From an uncultured Chloroflexia bacterium (GTDB lineage Bacteria; Chloroflexota; Limnocylindria; Limnocylindrales; CSP1-4), in the NCBI GenBank assembly GCA_963713975.1, contig OY970218.1, positions 832,001-896,000 on the forward strand: 64,000 nt of DNA. Reading direction: 5' to 3'. Below are positions 54,116 through 64,000 of this stretch, in pieces. Within the stretch, counting starts at the first letter, position 1, and each line of letters opens with the position of its first letter. The notes beneath the pieces are model-generated. The model was not told where the DNA came from. It was given only the letters and a program-made list of their open reading frames with translations, and ran no database searches. The position numbers and the translations under genes are program-made.

Positions 54116-55075
54116 CTAGGGCTTGGGCGTGACCTTCGAGGTCGGGGCGGGCGTGAAGCAGGGGACCTCGCCGTCCGGCACCGCCCCTCCCTCGCCGCAC
54201 GGAACCGGCTGCTGGTCCACGGGCGGCAGCCCGCCGGCATAGTCCGTGATCACCAGCGCGAGCTCGAAGGTCTCGAGGTCGGCAGCCGGCGCCAGGAACG
54301 CGGTCTGGACCACGCTGTTCGCGTCACGCTCCACGTCCACCACGGAGCCCACCACGAGGCCGGGCGGGTATGGCGAGCGGATGTCGCCGCCGAGCTCCAG
54401 GCCCGCGGTGAACACCTCTTCGTCGATGCCGATCTCGACCGCCGAATCGACGTTGCGCATGATCAGCACGTCGCCGGCCTGGCCGACGATGTCGCCGGTC
54501 GCGCCCGACGCGAGCAGCCTGCCGACCACGGTGGACGTCGCATCGCTGATCAGGGTCACCTTGGCGAAGCTCGGCCCGACCTCCGTCACCTTCCCGGCCA
54601 GCGCTCCGCCCTGGACAACGACGACATCGCCCATCTCGATCCCGTCGTCGGTGCCCTTGTCCACGGTCACCAGGCGCCGGGTCTCGAGCGTCTCGCGGCC
54701 GATCACGCGCACGGCGATCGTCTGGTGGTCGAAATCACCCTGGAGCTGGAGCAGCCCCGTGAGCTCGTCGTTCTGCTGCTTGAACAGCTGCAGGCGCGAG
54801 TTCTCGTTCCGGAGCCGCTCGTTCTCGTCCGTCAGGGCGGCGTTGTCGGTCCGGAGCTGATCGATCTCCGAGATGGCCTGGAACACCCCGGCGACGGAAT
54901 CGGCGGTGCCCGAGATCGCGTCCTGGAACGGTGTGAGCGCGAACTGGAGCCCGCGCTGGACCTCGCGGACGATCGGGTTGCCGGAGAACGCCATAAGCAG
55001 CAACGTGAACGCGATCAACCCGGCGAACACGATGCCCCGGCGGCGGGCCCGGCGGTTGGTGGCGGAAGTGGTCAT
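54116..55075 (-). CDS. mreC: rod shape-determining protein MreC
   Basis: N-terminal TM, coiled coil, VDKGTDDGIEMG, GALAGKVTEV, VFTAGL, YPPGLVVGSV; follows mreB. Confidence 0.93.
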   Translation of the reverse strand: MTTSATNRRARRRGIVFAGLIAFTLLLMAFSGNPIVREVQRGLQFALTPFQDAISGTADSVAGVFQAISEIDQLRTDNAALTDENERLRNENSRLQLFKQQNDELTGLLQLQGDFDHQTIAVRVIGRETLETRRLVTVDKGTDDGIEMGDVVVVQGGALAGKVTEVGPSFAKVTLISDATSTVVGRLLASGATGDIVGQAGDVLIMRNVDSAVEIGIDEEVFTAGLELGGDIRSPYPPGLVVGSVVDVERDANSVVQTAFLAPAADLETFELALVITDYAGGLPPVDQQPVPCGEGGAVPDGEVPCFTPAPTSKVTPKP

Positions 55076-55127
55076 GGCGCGAGCTCCGGGTGCGTGACCG
55101 GGCCGGCCGGCGACACGCGAGGCGCTG

Positions 55128-56186
55128 TCAGCGCGGGGGACGGACGTAGGTGTCGGCGACGAGCACTCGCTCCATCGACGGGTTGGTCAGCTGCTGGAGC
55201 ACGACGCCGGTTCCCCGGGCCACGCAGGTCAGCGGATCGTCCGCGATGTGGACCGGCATCTGCGTGGCTTCGGCGACCCGCCGGTCCAGACCCGCGAGGA
55301 GCGCGCCGCCACCGGCGAGCACGATGCCCTGGTCCATGATGTCGGCCACCAGCTCGGGCGGCGTCTCCTCGATCGTGTCCTTGATGGTGTCGACGATCTG
55401 GGCAACCGAGACCTCGATGGCGTCGCGGATCTGGTCCGCGCCAACCTCCACCGAGCGCGGCAGGCCCGTCAGCAGGTCCCGCCCGCGGAGCGTGACCCGT
55501 TGCGCATCCCAGTCACCCGGGTACGCGGACCCGATGGCGATCTTGATGTCCTCGGCCGTGCGCTCGCCCAGGAACAGGTTGTACTCGCGTCGGGCATAGG
55601 CAACGATGTCGGTGTCCATCTCGTCGCCGCCGATGCGGATCGAGCGCGATACGACGATGCCGCCGAGCGAGAGGACCGCGACCTCCGTGGTGCCACCACC
55701 GATGTCGACGATGAGGGAACCCGAGGGCTCGGACACGGGCAGCCCGGCGCCGATCGCGGCGGCCATCGGCTCCTCGATCAGGCGGGCCCAGCGGGCGCCG
55801 GCGTTGAGGGCGGCGTCACGGACGGCGCGCTTCTCCACCTCGGTGACGCCGGACGGGACGCCGAGCAGCATGCGCGGGCGCGGGATCAGGCCAACCCGGT
55901 CGTGCACCTTGTTCACGAAGTACTTGATCATCTGCTCGGTCACGTCGAAGTCGCTGATGACCCCATCGCGCAGCGGGCGGACGGCGATGATCGAGGCGGG
56001 AGTGCGGCCGACCATCCGCTTGGCCTCGGCGCCGATCGCCAGGACCCGCTTGGTCTTGGCGTCGATCGCCACCACGGACGGCTCCGAGATCACGATCCCG
56101 CGGTCGCGGACGTGGACCAGCGTGTTCGCGGTGCCGAGGTCGATCCCGATGTCGCGGGAGAAGAGGCCGAGGATCCGGTCGAGCAT
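55128..56186 (-). CDS. mreB: rod shape-determining protein MreB
   Basis: DIGIDLGTANTLV, RPLRDGVISDF, TEVEKRAV, IEEPMAAAIGAG, VDIGGGTTEVAV, TPPELVADI. Confidence 0.98.
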   Translation of the reverse strand: MLDRILGLFSRDIGIDLGTANTLVHVRDRGIVISEPSVVAIDAKTKRVLAIGAEAKRMVGRTPASIIAVRPLRDGVISDFDVTEQMIKYFVNKVHDRVGLIPRPRMLLGVPSGVTEVEKRAVRDAALNAGARWARLIEEPMAAAIGAGLPVSEPSGSLIVDIGGGTTEVAVLSLGGIVVSRSIRIGGDEMDTDIVAYARREYNLFLGERTAEDIKIAIGSAYPGDWDAQRVTLRGRDLLTGLPRSVEVGADQIRDAIEVSVAQIVDTIKDTIEETPPELVADIMDQGIVLAGGGALLAGLDRRVAEATQMPVHIADDPLTCVARGTGVVLQQLTNPSMERVLVADTYVRPPR

Positions 56187-56363
56187 GCTTGGGAGGTCGT
56201 TCCTTGCTGGTGGCGCGGGGCCGGCGGGCGGCCCTTGGGAGCGTGCGGCCGAGCGCCGCGGAGAGATCGGGTCGTGGGAGCCCACCCACGTGCCTGGCGG
56301 GCGGGCCCGTGCAGTATACCGGCCGTCGCGAACGACCCCTGACGGCGGTATCCGCCGACGGGA

Positions 56364-57530
56364 CTACCGCCAGATCAGCTCCTCGCCGTGCTCGCCGACA
56401 AGGTGCCGGCCCGCGGCAAAGCGACCGGGGTCGAACGGGGCGATGTCCACCGAGCCCGCGGAGCCGTCGAGAATCAGCTCCGCCATCCCGAGGCCCACGG
56501 CTGGCGCGGTCTTGAAGCCGGTGCCGCTGTGTCCGCAGTCAAGGAAGAAGCCGTCCGGGCCTGCCGGGCCGAGCATCGGTCGCTGGTCAGGGGTCAGGCC
56601 GTCCTGGCCGCTGTGCGAGGTGCGGAAGGTGCCATCGACCAGCGCCGGCACGCGACGGATGATGCGCTCGGCGGCACGCTCTCGGAAGTCGGCGGCGGCC
56701 TCCGATGTGTCGCGATCAGGGGCGCCGCCGATCTGGTTGTCGTCCTCGAGGCCGATCAGCACCATGTCCGAGCCCTCGGGCCGAAAGTACATGCTGTTCG
56801 CGTTGTCGATCACCACCGGGATCGGCCGGGCGACGGAATCCGGGACGCCGAGGTAGCCGGTGTCATGGCGCCAGACGCTCACCGGGATGTCCACGCCGAC
56901 GAGCCCCGCCACGGATCCTGCCCAGGCGCCCGCGGCATCGACGACCACGGGTGCGCTCAACGCGCCCCGGGTCGTCTCGACACCGGTCACGTGGCCGCCC
57001 GCAACGGGGATCGCGGTGACCTCGGCACCCGGCACCAGGCGGGCGCCCCGGGTCTTCGCCGCGGCGAGGAAGCCGGCCGCGGTCATGAACGGGTCCGCAT
57101 ATCCGGACTCCGGTTCCCATGCGGCAACCTCGTCACCGATCTCGAGCGATGGCGCCAGGCGCAGGATGTCCTCGGCGCCCACCACGCTGGAATCGACGCC
57201 CAGCGCACAATGCGACGCGCTGTTCGCGCGCACGCGCTCGAGACGGGCCGCGGGCTCGATCCACAGGAAGCCCGTGCGGGTGAAGCCGCACTCCCCGCCG
57301 ACGCGCTCGGCCCAGTCCCGGAACCATCCGAAGGATGCCCAAGCCAGCTTCGACTCCGCGAGGAGGTCGTAGTAGACGCGCACGAGACCGCTCGACCGGC
57401 CGGTAGCGCCGGCCGCCACGGACGAGCGTTCCACGACGGCCACGCGTGCGCCACGCGAGGCGAGATGGAACGCCAGGCTGGCGCCCTGGACACCCGCGCC
57501 GATGACGATGACGTCGGCCGTGTCGGTCAT
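56364..57530 (-). CDS. FAD-dependent oxidoreductase (DAO/sarcosine oxidase family)
   Basis: VIVIGAGVQG, GATGRSSG, VVDAAGAWA, TPDQRPMLG, GHSGTGFKTAPAVG. Confidence 0.92.
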   Translation of the reverse strand: MTDTADVIVIGAGVQGASLAFHLASRGARVAVVERSSVAAGATGRSSGLVRVYYDLLAESKLAWASFGWFRDWAERVGGECGFTRTGFLWIEPAARLERVRANSASHCALGVDSSVVGAEDILRLAPSLEIGDEVAAWEPESGYADPFMTAAGFLAAAKTRGARLVPGAEVTAIPVAGGHVTGVETTRGALSAPVVVDAAGAWAGSVAGLVGVDIPVSVWRHDTGYLGVPDSVARPIPVVIDNANSMYFRPEGSDMVLIGLEDDNQIGGAPDRDTSEAAADFRERAAERIIRRVPALVDGTFRTSHSGQDGLTPDQRPMLGPAGPDGFFLDCGHSGTGFKTAPAVGLGMAELILDGSAGSVDIAPFDPGRFAAGRHLVGEHGEELIWR

Positions 57531-57610
57531 GTGCGATCCCTCTCTCATGCGCTGCGAGGGTCCAGTATCCGGTACCCCATCGGGCGGCGCCGCCCCCGTC
57601 CCGTCCGCCG

Positions 57611-58366
57611 TCACGCGGCGCGCGCGGGCCCCGGCCGGTCGAAGGTGACGCCGCGGTCCCGCAGCGAGATCCAGGCGTCATGCCCGATCACGACGTGGTC
57701 CAGCACATCGACGTCCAGCAGCCGCCCGGCCGCGATCGCCTCCGCGGTGAGGTGGAGGTCGTCCGGTGAGGGTGTCGGATCGCCACTCGGATGGTTGTGC
57801 ACGAGCACGACCCCGCTGGCGTCGAGGCGCACGGCATCCCGGAACAGCTCGCCGACCCGGACCAGCGACGCGGACACGTTGCCCACGTACACGCTGGACA
57901 CGCGCTGGACCACGTTTTTCGCGTTAAGGCTGAGCACGCGCAGCTCCTCTCGCTCCAGGCGGCCCATCTCGAGCTGCAGCCGGTCCGCGACGTCCTGTGG
58001 CGAGCGGATCGTCCAGCGACCCACCGGCCAGTCCGCCATGGACCGCCGGCCGAGCTCGAACGCGGCCGCCAGCCGTGCGGCCTTGGCCGCTCCGACCCCG
58101 GGGATCGCGGACAGCTCCACGTCCGTGGCGCGTGCCAGCGCTCCGACGCTCGCGTGCCGGGCGAGCGCCTCCTCTGCCAGGTCCACGGCGCTGCGCCCGC
58201 CGGCGCCAGTGCCCCAGATCACGGCGATCAGCTCCGCCGCCGAGAGACCCCCGGGCCCACGCATGGCGAGCCGCTCGCGGGGCCGCTCGGCGGCGGGGAG
58301 GTCGCGCACGGAACGAGAGGCCGGCCGGTGTGCCGAGGCGGCCACGAGGTCGTTGCCGGTCGCCAT
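57611..58366 (-). CDS. radC: RadC family JAB-domain protein
   Basis: ERPRERL, LSAAELIA, IPGVGAAKA, HNHPSGDPTPSPDD, VLDHVVIG; AGGAGG RBS. Confidence 0.96.
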   Translation of the reverse strand: MATGNDLVAASAHRPASRSVRDLPAAERPRERLAMRGPGGLSAAELIAVIWGTGAGGRSAVDLAEEALARHASVGALARATDVELSAIPGVGAAKAARLAAAFELGRRSMADWPVGRWTIRSPQDVADRLQLEMGRLEREELRVLSLNAKNVVQRVSSVYVGNVSASLVRVGELFRDAVRLDASGVVLVHNHPSGDPTPSPDDLHLTAEAIAAGRLLDVDVLDHVVIGHDAWISLRDRGVTFDRPGPARAA

Positions 58367-58587
58367 GACCCACCTCCTGAATGCGGGCCGGCGGGCCGCC
58401 ATGGACGCCCTCGCGAGTCGAGGCGTCCCCGGGGCCCGGACGACGGAAGCCCGCCGATTTCCCCCGCCGTCCGGACCCGGGAACACGACGAAGGCTACGC
58501 AGGGCCCCTTACCGGTCGCTCATCGGGGGCTTGCACGCGGCTTTGGCGGACTCAAGGCCGTCGCGGGCAGGAGGGTCCGACGCGGGG

Positions 58588-59655
58588 TCAGACGAGCCCC
58601 GCGGCAAGCGCCAGGACGATCACCTGGAGCGCGTTGAACGTCCCGTGGAGCCCGATTGCCGCATACAGCGAGCGGCGGGCCAGGAACACCCAGCCAAGGG
58701 TCAGGCTCACCGGCATCAGCGCCACGAACGAGAACAGCGCCCGCTGCGCGCCGGTCGAGAAGGACGCGTCGAACAGGGTCACGACATGCGCCAGCGCAAA
58801 GAACACGGCGCCCCGCGCAACGGCTGAACGGGCCCCGCCGGTCCGTGCCCACGCCGTGGTCGTGAACCCACGGAAGAACAGCTCCTCCCCGATGGGTGCG
58901 AGGATCGCGGCCGTCAACAGGTTCAGGACCAGCCCCGGGACGTCCCCGGCCTCCGGCAGCGCGCTCGGTGCGGGCTCCAGGAACATGGCCAGCAGCCCGC
59001 CCAGCGCCAGCGTCACCACGAGGACAGGCACGGCAAGCAGGGCGCCCGCAAGAAGGTTGCGCAAGGCTGCCGCATCGGGCCGCACCACGCCCATCTCCCG
59101 CCAGCCCAGAGCGCCGGGCCCCACGACCAGCAGGCGGATGACCGCGATATAGAGCAGCGTCGTGAGGGCCAGGTTGAGGGTCGTGGCAGCAGGGGATCGG
59201 GCGTCCAGCCCGAGCGCCGAGAGCGGGGCGAGGAGGACGATCAGCCCGACCACGGTCAGCACGACGACCACCACGAACGCGAGCACGGGGGACGGCCCGC
59301 GATAGGCAAGCTCCGGGCGTCGGCCCCGCTCCACCGCCTGGGATCCGGCGGCCGCGATCAGCCCGAGGCCGAGCACCACCATGCCCGCGAGGAACAGCCA
59401 GGGCGATGCCGCCGTGCCGGCCGCCATGAGCGAGACGAACACGAGCGCCGCACCCGCAAGCGTCGCGACCCAGCCGGCGAGATACAGGCCCGGGACCGCG
59501 CGGCCCGCGAGGCTGAATATGGAGATGGCGGCTGCCTCGTCTGGGACAGGCAACGCGGCGTCAGGATCCTCCGGTCCGGGGCCCTGCGGCGCCCGTGCGC
59601 CAGGCTCGTCGCCGTCGGCGGGCCCGTGCCGCTCCCCGTCCGACGCCTCGGTCAA
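58588..59655 (-). CDS. CPBP family intramembrane glutamic endopeptidase
   Basis: APIGEELFFRG, FFALAH, SLYAAIGLHGTFN; multiple TMs. Confidence 0.9.
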   Translation of the reverse strand: MTEASDGERHGPADGDEPGARAPQGPGPEDPDAALPVPDEAAAISIFSLAGRAVPGLYLAGWVATLAGAALVFVSLMAAGTAASPWLFLAGMVVLGLGLIAAAGSQAVERGRRPELAYRGPSPVLAFVVVVVLTVVGLIVLLAPLSALGLDARSPAATTLNLALTTLLYIAVIRLLVVGPGALGWREMGVVRPDAAALRNLLAGALLAVPVLVVTLALGGLLAMFLEPAPSALPEAGDVPGLVLNLLTAAILAPIGEELFFRGFTTTAWARTGGARSAVARGAVFFALAHVVTLFDASFSTGAQRALFSFVALMPVSLTLGWVFLARRSLYAAIGLHGTFNALQVIVLALAAGLV

Positions 59656-60296
59656 GGCTCCGAAACGGATCCGGAGGTGCCCCGGGAGGCGGTGGTGGAC
59701 CGGGGCGGCTGACGCACCGATCCGCCGCGGCTCCCGGACCGCGTGGTCCTGGCCGGCGCTTCCAGCCGGTCCAGGTCAGCGGGTCCGGCCGAGATTGGCT
59801 CGTAGGCGGCGATGTCCGCCCGCTCGAAGTCCTTGCCGCACCAGGCGCAGAGCGACCAGTCGAGGCCGACCAGACGTCCGCAGTTCGCGCAGACGCGGCT
59901 CAGGCGCGTGCGACACGTGGGGCAGATGATCCATTCGTCGCTGATCCGGCGGTGGCAGGCCGGGCATGACTTGACCGCCTCGACCTCGGCCAGGAGCGCC
60001 TCCTCCGCCAGGTTCCGCTCGTATACCTCGCCGATCTTCTCCTGGGGTCGGACGATCCTGTAGACGATGACGCCGAACAGGAACAGCACCGGCGTGAACA
60101 GCACGATGAGGGCCGCGGCAAGGTACGGCAGGACCGGGTTCTCGCTCCGCAGCTGCATGTCGCGAAACGCCCAGTACGCCGCCGCCAGCCAGAGGATGAC
60201 GATGTAGACGGACATGCCCTGAATGGCGAGTTGGACGATCGGGCTCGAGAAGAAGCCGCCGATCGCGTCCGTGATCGGGGTGAGAATCTGATCCAT
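59652..60296 (-). CDS. membrane protein with double zinc ribbon
   Basis: TM helices then CPAC...CPTC...CANC...CAWC. Confidence 0.9.
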   Translation of the reverse strand: MDQILTPITDAIGGFFSSPIVQLAIQGMSVYIVILWLAAAYWAFRDMQLRSENPVLPYLAAALIVLFTPVLFLFGVIVYRIVRPQEKIGEVYERNLAEEALLAEVEAVKSCPACHRRISDEWIICPTCRTRLSRVCANCGRLVGLDWSLCAWCGKDFERADIAAYEPISAGPADLDRLEAPARTTRSGSRGGSVRQPPRSTTASRGTSGSVSEP

Positions 60297-60404
60297 GCGG
60301 TGGCGTGTGGCCTCCGAGCGGGCGGGGCGCGCGTGGGCGCGCAGCGAGCGGGAGTGTAACAGGGGAACCCTTGTGATCCGGGCCGCGGCATGACGCGCAG
60401 GAGG

Positions 60405-61400
60405 TCAGTCGCGTGACGGGCCACCGGGCGACCGCCGCCGCGCAACCTCCAGCGTCCACGCCGCGGCGCGGATAGCGGCACCCACTCCGGCCAGCACCAG
60501 GCCGCCCGCGAAGACGGCCACCCAGATGAACAGGGCAAGGGTCGTGATGACCGGATCGCGACCGCCGACGACGATGTCGCGCAGCCGGTCCCAGCCGATC
60601 GCGGCCGCGGCCAGCGTGGGGCCTGCCAGCAGCAGGAGCACGGCCAACCCCAGGAGCGCCGTCGGGAGGACGCGAAGGGGCCGCCGCACGAGGTCGGTCC
60701 ACCCCAGGAGCCACGACGACGGGACCGAGCGACGCTCGAGGACCAGGTGCCGGATCCCGACGGCGCCCGCCGCATCGCTGAGCAGCCACACGAGGGCGAT
60801 GCCGGCCACGAGCCACGGAACGTCCCCGATCACCCGGATCGGTAGCGGCGTCACCAGGTCCTGGGGCAGGACGAGCTGGCGGTACGCGGCGTCGTAGACC
60901 GGCGTCCAGGCGAGGCCCGCCGCGATCACGACCGGCACCAGCGACAGGAGGCGCAGGACGGCGACAGGACCCGTGCCCGGCGCGCCTTCGATCGAGGTGG
61001 CCTCGAGCCCGAGGCCGTCGTCCTCGGCGGCGTCGAGCACGACGGCGATCCCCTCCCGCTCGGCCCACGCGCCTGCAACCGTTCCGGCGGTCACGAGCAG
61101 GAGGGCGACCGCGAGACCAGTGGCGATCAGCGAGATCAGGCCGATCGACGGCGTCCCGACCACCATCGAGCTTACGGGTCCGCCCAGGGCGTTCTGGAGA
61201 CCGGTGGGCGTCGGCAGCACCAGGATCGGCCACGCCACGACGATCACGCCGCCCCCGGCCAGGAACCCGGCCAGCCCCAGGAGCCAGGACAGCGGCCGCA
61301 TCAGGGTCACGGCCACGGCACCCGTCACGACGGAGCCCAGGCCCCAGCGCTCCCCCACCCCGCGCTCCTCCGACGGCGTCGCGGAGGACGCCGCGATCAC
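60405..61400 (-). CDS. hypothetical integral membrane protein
   Basis: Several hydrophobic segments; GTGA overlap with the UPF0182 stop. Confidence 0.75.
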   Translation of the reverse strand: MIAASSATPSEERGVGERWGLGSVVTGAVAVTLMRPLSWLLGLAGFLAGGGVIVVAWPILVLPTPTGLQNALGGPVSSMVVGTPSIGLISLIATGLAVALLLVTAGTVAGAWAEREGIAVVLDAAEDDGLGLEATSIEGAPGTGPVAVLRLLSLVPVVIAAGLAWTPVYDAAYRQLVLPQDLVTPLPIRVIGDVPWLVAGIALVWLLSDAAGAVGIRHLVLERRSVPSSWLLGWTDLVRRPLRVLPTALLGLAVLLLLAGPTLAAAAIGWDRLRDIVVGGRDPVITTLALFIWVAVFAGGLVLAGVGAAIRAAAWTLEVARRRSPGGPSRD

Positions 61401-64000
61401 GGATTGACGGATGGTACCGGCGTGCCGGTCAGCTCCCCGAGTCGCACCAGAGCGGTCTCCACCAGGTCCATCTCCGTGCCGTAGGTCGCGAAGTCCCCCG
61501 CCCGGAGCGCGGCCTGCGCCAGCTCGAAGTGCGTGTTCGCGTAATCGACGAGGGCTCCGACGTCCGCCGGCAACGGGCCGACGGGTCCCGGTGTGGCGGT
61601 CGGGCCGGCGGTGGCTCCGGGCGACGGCGTCGCGGTCGGCTCGGGCGTCGACCCGGGCGGGGTGCCGCCGTCCTGCTTCACGAGGAGCTCGTTGAGGGCC
61701 TCACCCAGGGTGTCGGCCCACACGATCGTGGTGGGGCTGGCCACGACGATCTTCTGGAACTCCGGGAAGGCGGCCGAGGTCGATTGCAGGTAGACGGGCT
61801 GGAGATACAGCAGCGACTCGCCCACCGGGATCACGATCAGGTTGCCGCGGATCACCTGCGACCCACTCTGGTTCCAGAGCGAGACCTGCTGGCTGATCTG
61901 GGGATCCTGGTCGATCCGGGCCTCGATCTGGGCCGGGCCGAAGATGGTGGTGTCCGCCGGGAACCGGTACGAGACGACCTCGCCGTAATTGGGGGCGTCG
62001 CTCCGGGCGGCGACCCACGCGATCATGTTGGGCCGGTTCTGCGCGATCATCGGCTGGAGCAGCAGGAACTCCACACCGCGCTCCTCCGGCATGCGCATCA
62101 CCACGTAGTAGGCCTCGGTGGGAAGGCTCTGCTCGTTGGTCTGGGCATCCGGGATGGTCCAGCGGTCCGTGTTGTTGAAGAACGTGAGCGACTGCGTGAC
62201 GTGGTAGCGGCCGTACATCCGGGTCTGGACGTTGAACAGCTCCTCGGGCACGCGCAGGTGCGAGACGAGGCCGGCCGGCATCTCCGACAGCGGCCTGAAG
62301 ACGTCGGGGAACACGCCTTCCCAGGCCTGGATGATGGGGTCCGACGGATCCGCGATGTAGAACGTCATCGTGCCGTCGTAGGCGTCAATCGTGACCTTGA
62401 CGCTGTTCCGGATGTAGTTGAACCGGTCTCCGGCCAGGCCCGAATCGCCCCCTAGGTCGGCGCCCTGGAACCCGTTCGCGTTGGGGAAGGCGTTGCTGAG
62501 CGTATAGGCGTCCTGGACATACACGAGGCGTCCGTCGTCGTCGACGACAAGGTAGGGGTCCTTGTCGTACCGCAGGAACGGGGCGACGCGCTGTAGGCGG
62601 TCGTTGATGGTCCGGTGGAACAGGAGCTGGCTCTCGGCCGTGATCTGGTCCGAGATCAGGAGGTCCAGGTCACGGAACCGGAGCGCGAACAGCAGCCGTG
62701 AGAGGGTCGTGTCCAGCGGGATGCCGGTCGTGCCGGTCCACCGCGTGGTCTCGTCGACCGTTGTCCTGCCGGCCGTCCTCGGGTAGTCGAACTCGGCCTG
62801 GCGTGCCCGGACGACCACGTAGTGGTTGTCGCTCTCGCCAAAGTAGATCCGGGGCTCGGTGATCTCGGGCACCCCGGCCGCCGAGACCGGCGGCAGGTCG
62901 CGCACCCACAGGCGCGGCTGGCCCTCGGCCGTGACCTCGTTCACCGGGACCATGGCCATGCCGATGCCGTGCGTGTAGATGACGCGCTGGTTCACCCAGC
63001 CCGTCGCCTCGGGGTTCTTCTCGATCGCCAGCTCTCGCCCGGACAGCATCACCTGGCGCTGCAGGCCATCCACCGTATAGCGGTCGGTGTCCACGTCGTG
63101 GAACTGGTAGTACTGGCGGATCTGCTGCAGCTGGTCCAGCGTGACCTTGAGCGGACGGTAGTCCCACAGGCGCGCGTTGGCGAAGGTTCCAACCTCGGTC
63201 TTGAGCGCCGTCTCGGTGATCGGCGCCGTGCCCGAGTAGTCCCGGTTGCGCCAGTCGTCCAGCCCGAAGGCCTGCCGGGTCATCGCGATGTTGAACCCGA
63301 TGTAGGGCTCCTCCTGGGCGTACTGATTCGGATCCACCGTCAGCCGCTGGATCGCCTCGGGGTAGATCCGGCCCAGCACCAGGGACGCGGACAGCCAGAC
63401 GATGACGATCAGGCCCAGCGGCCAGATCCACCGGGTGAAGGCTCCGCCGACCAGCAGGGCGGCGGCAATGCCGGACAGGAGCGTCAGGACGTCGTAGGCC
63501 ATGAATCGTGCGTTCGCGTCCGTGTACGAGACACCGGTGGCCACGCCGGCCGTGCCGTACACCAGCTCGTACTTGTCCAGCTGGTAGCCGAACGCGATCG
63601 ACAGCAGGTAGATGCCGCCCAGGATGGCCAGGTGGACTCGGACGCGGGTCACGAAGACCTCGCCGCCCCTGGTCGCCTCGGCCAGGTAGCGGGCCCCTGC
63701 CACGGCCAGGGACGCCAGCAGCACGCTGTTGAGGAGTGCCTGGGCGAACCGCAGGAATGGCAGGTCGAACAGGAAGAAGCTGATGCCGCGGCCGAAGACA
63801 GGATCCGTGACCGCCGCGGCGTTGGCGTAGGGGACCTGGTTGACCCACAGCAGGAGCGTCTCCCACGCACCCGAGACGGTGCCGGCGAACGCCAGCGCGA
63901 TCAGCACCGAGACGGCCGCGATGACCCATTTCGCGATCGGGACGAGGTCCGGTACGTCGTCCGCGTCGAAGAACGCCGCGAATTCACCGGTCGCGGATCG
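61397..64000 (-). CDS. UPF0182 family membrane protein, 5' end outside window
   Basis: DPVFGRGISFFLFDLP, NARLWD, QQIRQYYQF, DVDTDRY, YTHGIG, PRIYFGE, NYIRNSVK, GNLIVIP, LYLQPVY; frame open to 64000. Confidence 0.95.
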   Translation of the reverse strand, partial: RSATGEFAAFFDADDVPDLVPIAKWVIAAVSVLIALAFAGTVSGAWETLLLWVNQVPYANAAAVTDPVFGRGISFFLFDLPFLRFAQALLNSVLLASLAVAGARYLAEATRGGEVFVTRVRVHLAILGGIYLLSIAFGYQLDKYELVYGTAGVATGVSYTDANARFMAYDVLTLLSGIAAALLVGGAFTRWIWPLGLIVIVWLSASLVLGRIYPEAIQRLTVDPNQYAQEEPYIGFNIAMTRQAFGLDDWRNRDYSGTAPITETALKTEVGTFANARLWDYRPLKVTLDQLQQIRQYYQFHDVDTDRYTVDGLQRQVMLSGRELAIEKNPEATGWVNQRVIYTHGIGMAMVPVNEVTAEGQPRLWVRDLPPVSAAGVPEITEPRIYFGESDNHYVVVRARQAEFDYPRTAGRTTVDETTRWTGTTGIPLDTTLSRLLFALRFRDLDLLISDQITAESQLLFHRTINDRLQRVAPFLRYDKDPYLVVDDDGRLVYVQDAYTLSNAFPNANGFQGADLGGDSGLAGDRFNYIRNSVKVTIDAYDGTMTFYIADPSDPIIQAWEGVFPDVFRPLSEMPAGLVSHLRVPEELFNVQTRMYGRYHVTQSLTFFNNTDRWTIPDAQTNEQSLPTEAYYVVMRMPEERGVEFLLLQPMIAQNRPNMIAWVAARSDAPNYGEVVSYRFPADTTIFGPAQIEARIDQDPQISQQVSLWNQSGSQVIRGNLIVIPVGESLLYLQPVYLQSTSAAFPEFQKIVVASPTTIVWADTLGEALNELLVKQDGGTPPGSTPEPTATPSPGATAGPTATPGPVGPLPADVGALVDYANTHFELAQAALRAGDFATYGTEMDLVETALVRLGELTGTPVPSVNP

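Noticed and set aside
57611-58366. radC as a mobile-element marker
   Set aside because: Full-length form with N-terminal HhH region in the usual chromosomal radC-mreBC context.
58370-58500. Hairpins upstream of radC as a riboswitch
   Set aside because: GC-rich stems are expected by chance at this composition; no known riboswitch consensus recognised.

Overview
Very GC-rich bacterial chromosomal window, almost fully coding. Gene content and order suggest Chloroflexota, possibly Limnocylindria; this is an inference. No CRISPR array, integrase, transposase or phage genes were seen. Left part: a truncated LuxR/AAA regulator, tRNA-Pro(CGG), an XRE-HTH/nuclease-like gene, glutamine synthetase III, ResB, a PLP trans-sulfuration enzyme with an Lrp/AsnC regulator, two LLM oxidoreductases, an SCO fusion protein, a VanY-like peptidase, a Pat-like acyl-CoA ligase/GNAT fusion, a beta-propeller protein and a probable copper-response module next to tRNA-Pro(TGG). 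Centre: accessory genes, then SulP, GNAT, a Tat-exported fibre-like protein, an AlkZ-like glycosylase and rdgB-rph-mazG-PPIase. Right part: a cell-surface glycan locus (wzm/wzt, GT4, Ppm1, two large FlgD-Ig repeat proteins, rfbD/B/A), then mreC, mreB, radC and UPF0182. Best candidate for an undescribed system: 25598-28666, a sigma70-like promoter, a 91-aa ORF and an ~850-aa single-pass membrane protein. That protein has a cytoplasmic PafA/Dop/GCS2-like carboxylate-amine ligase domain and a duplicated Cys-containing extracellular domain, i.e. receptor-kinase architecture with a ligase in place of the kinase. Also notable: three dispersed, exactly 128-bp, gaplessly alignable palindromic elements; a C-terminal module shared by the two surface proteins; and many apparently leaderless genes. 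All product calls come from motif recognition by eye; no database searches were run.
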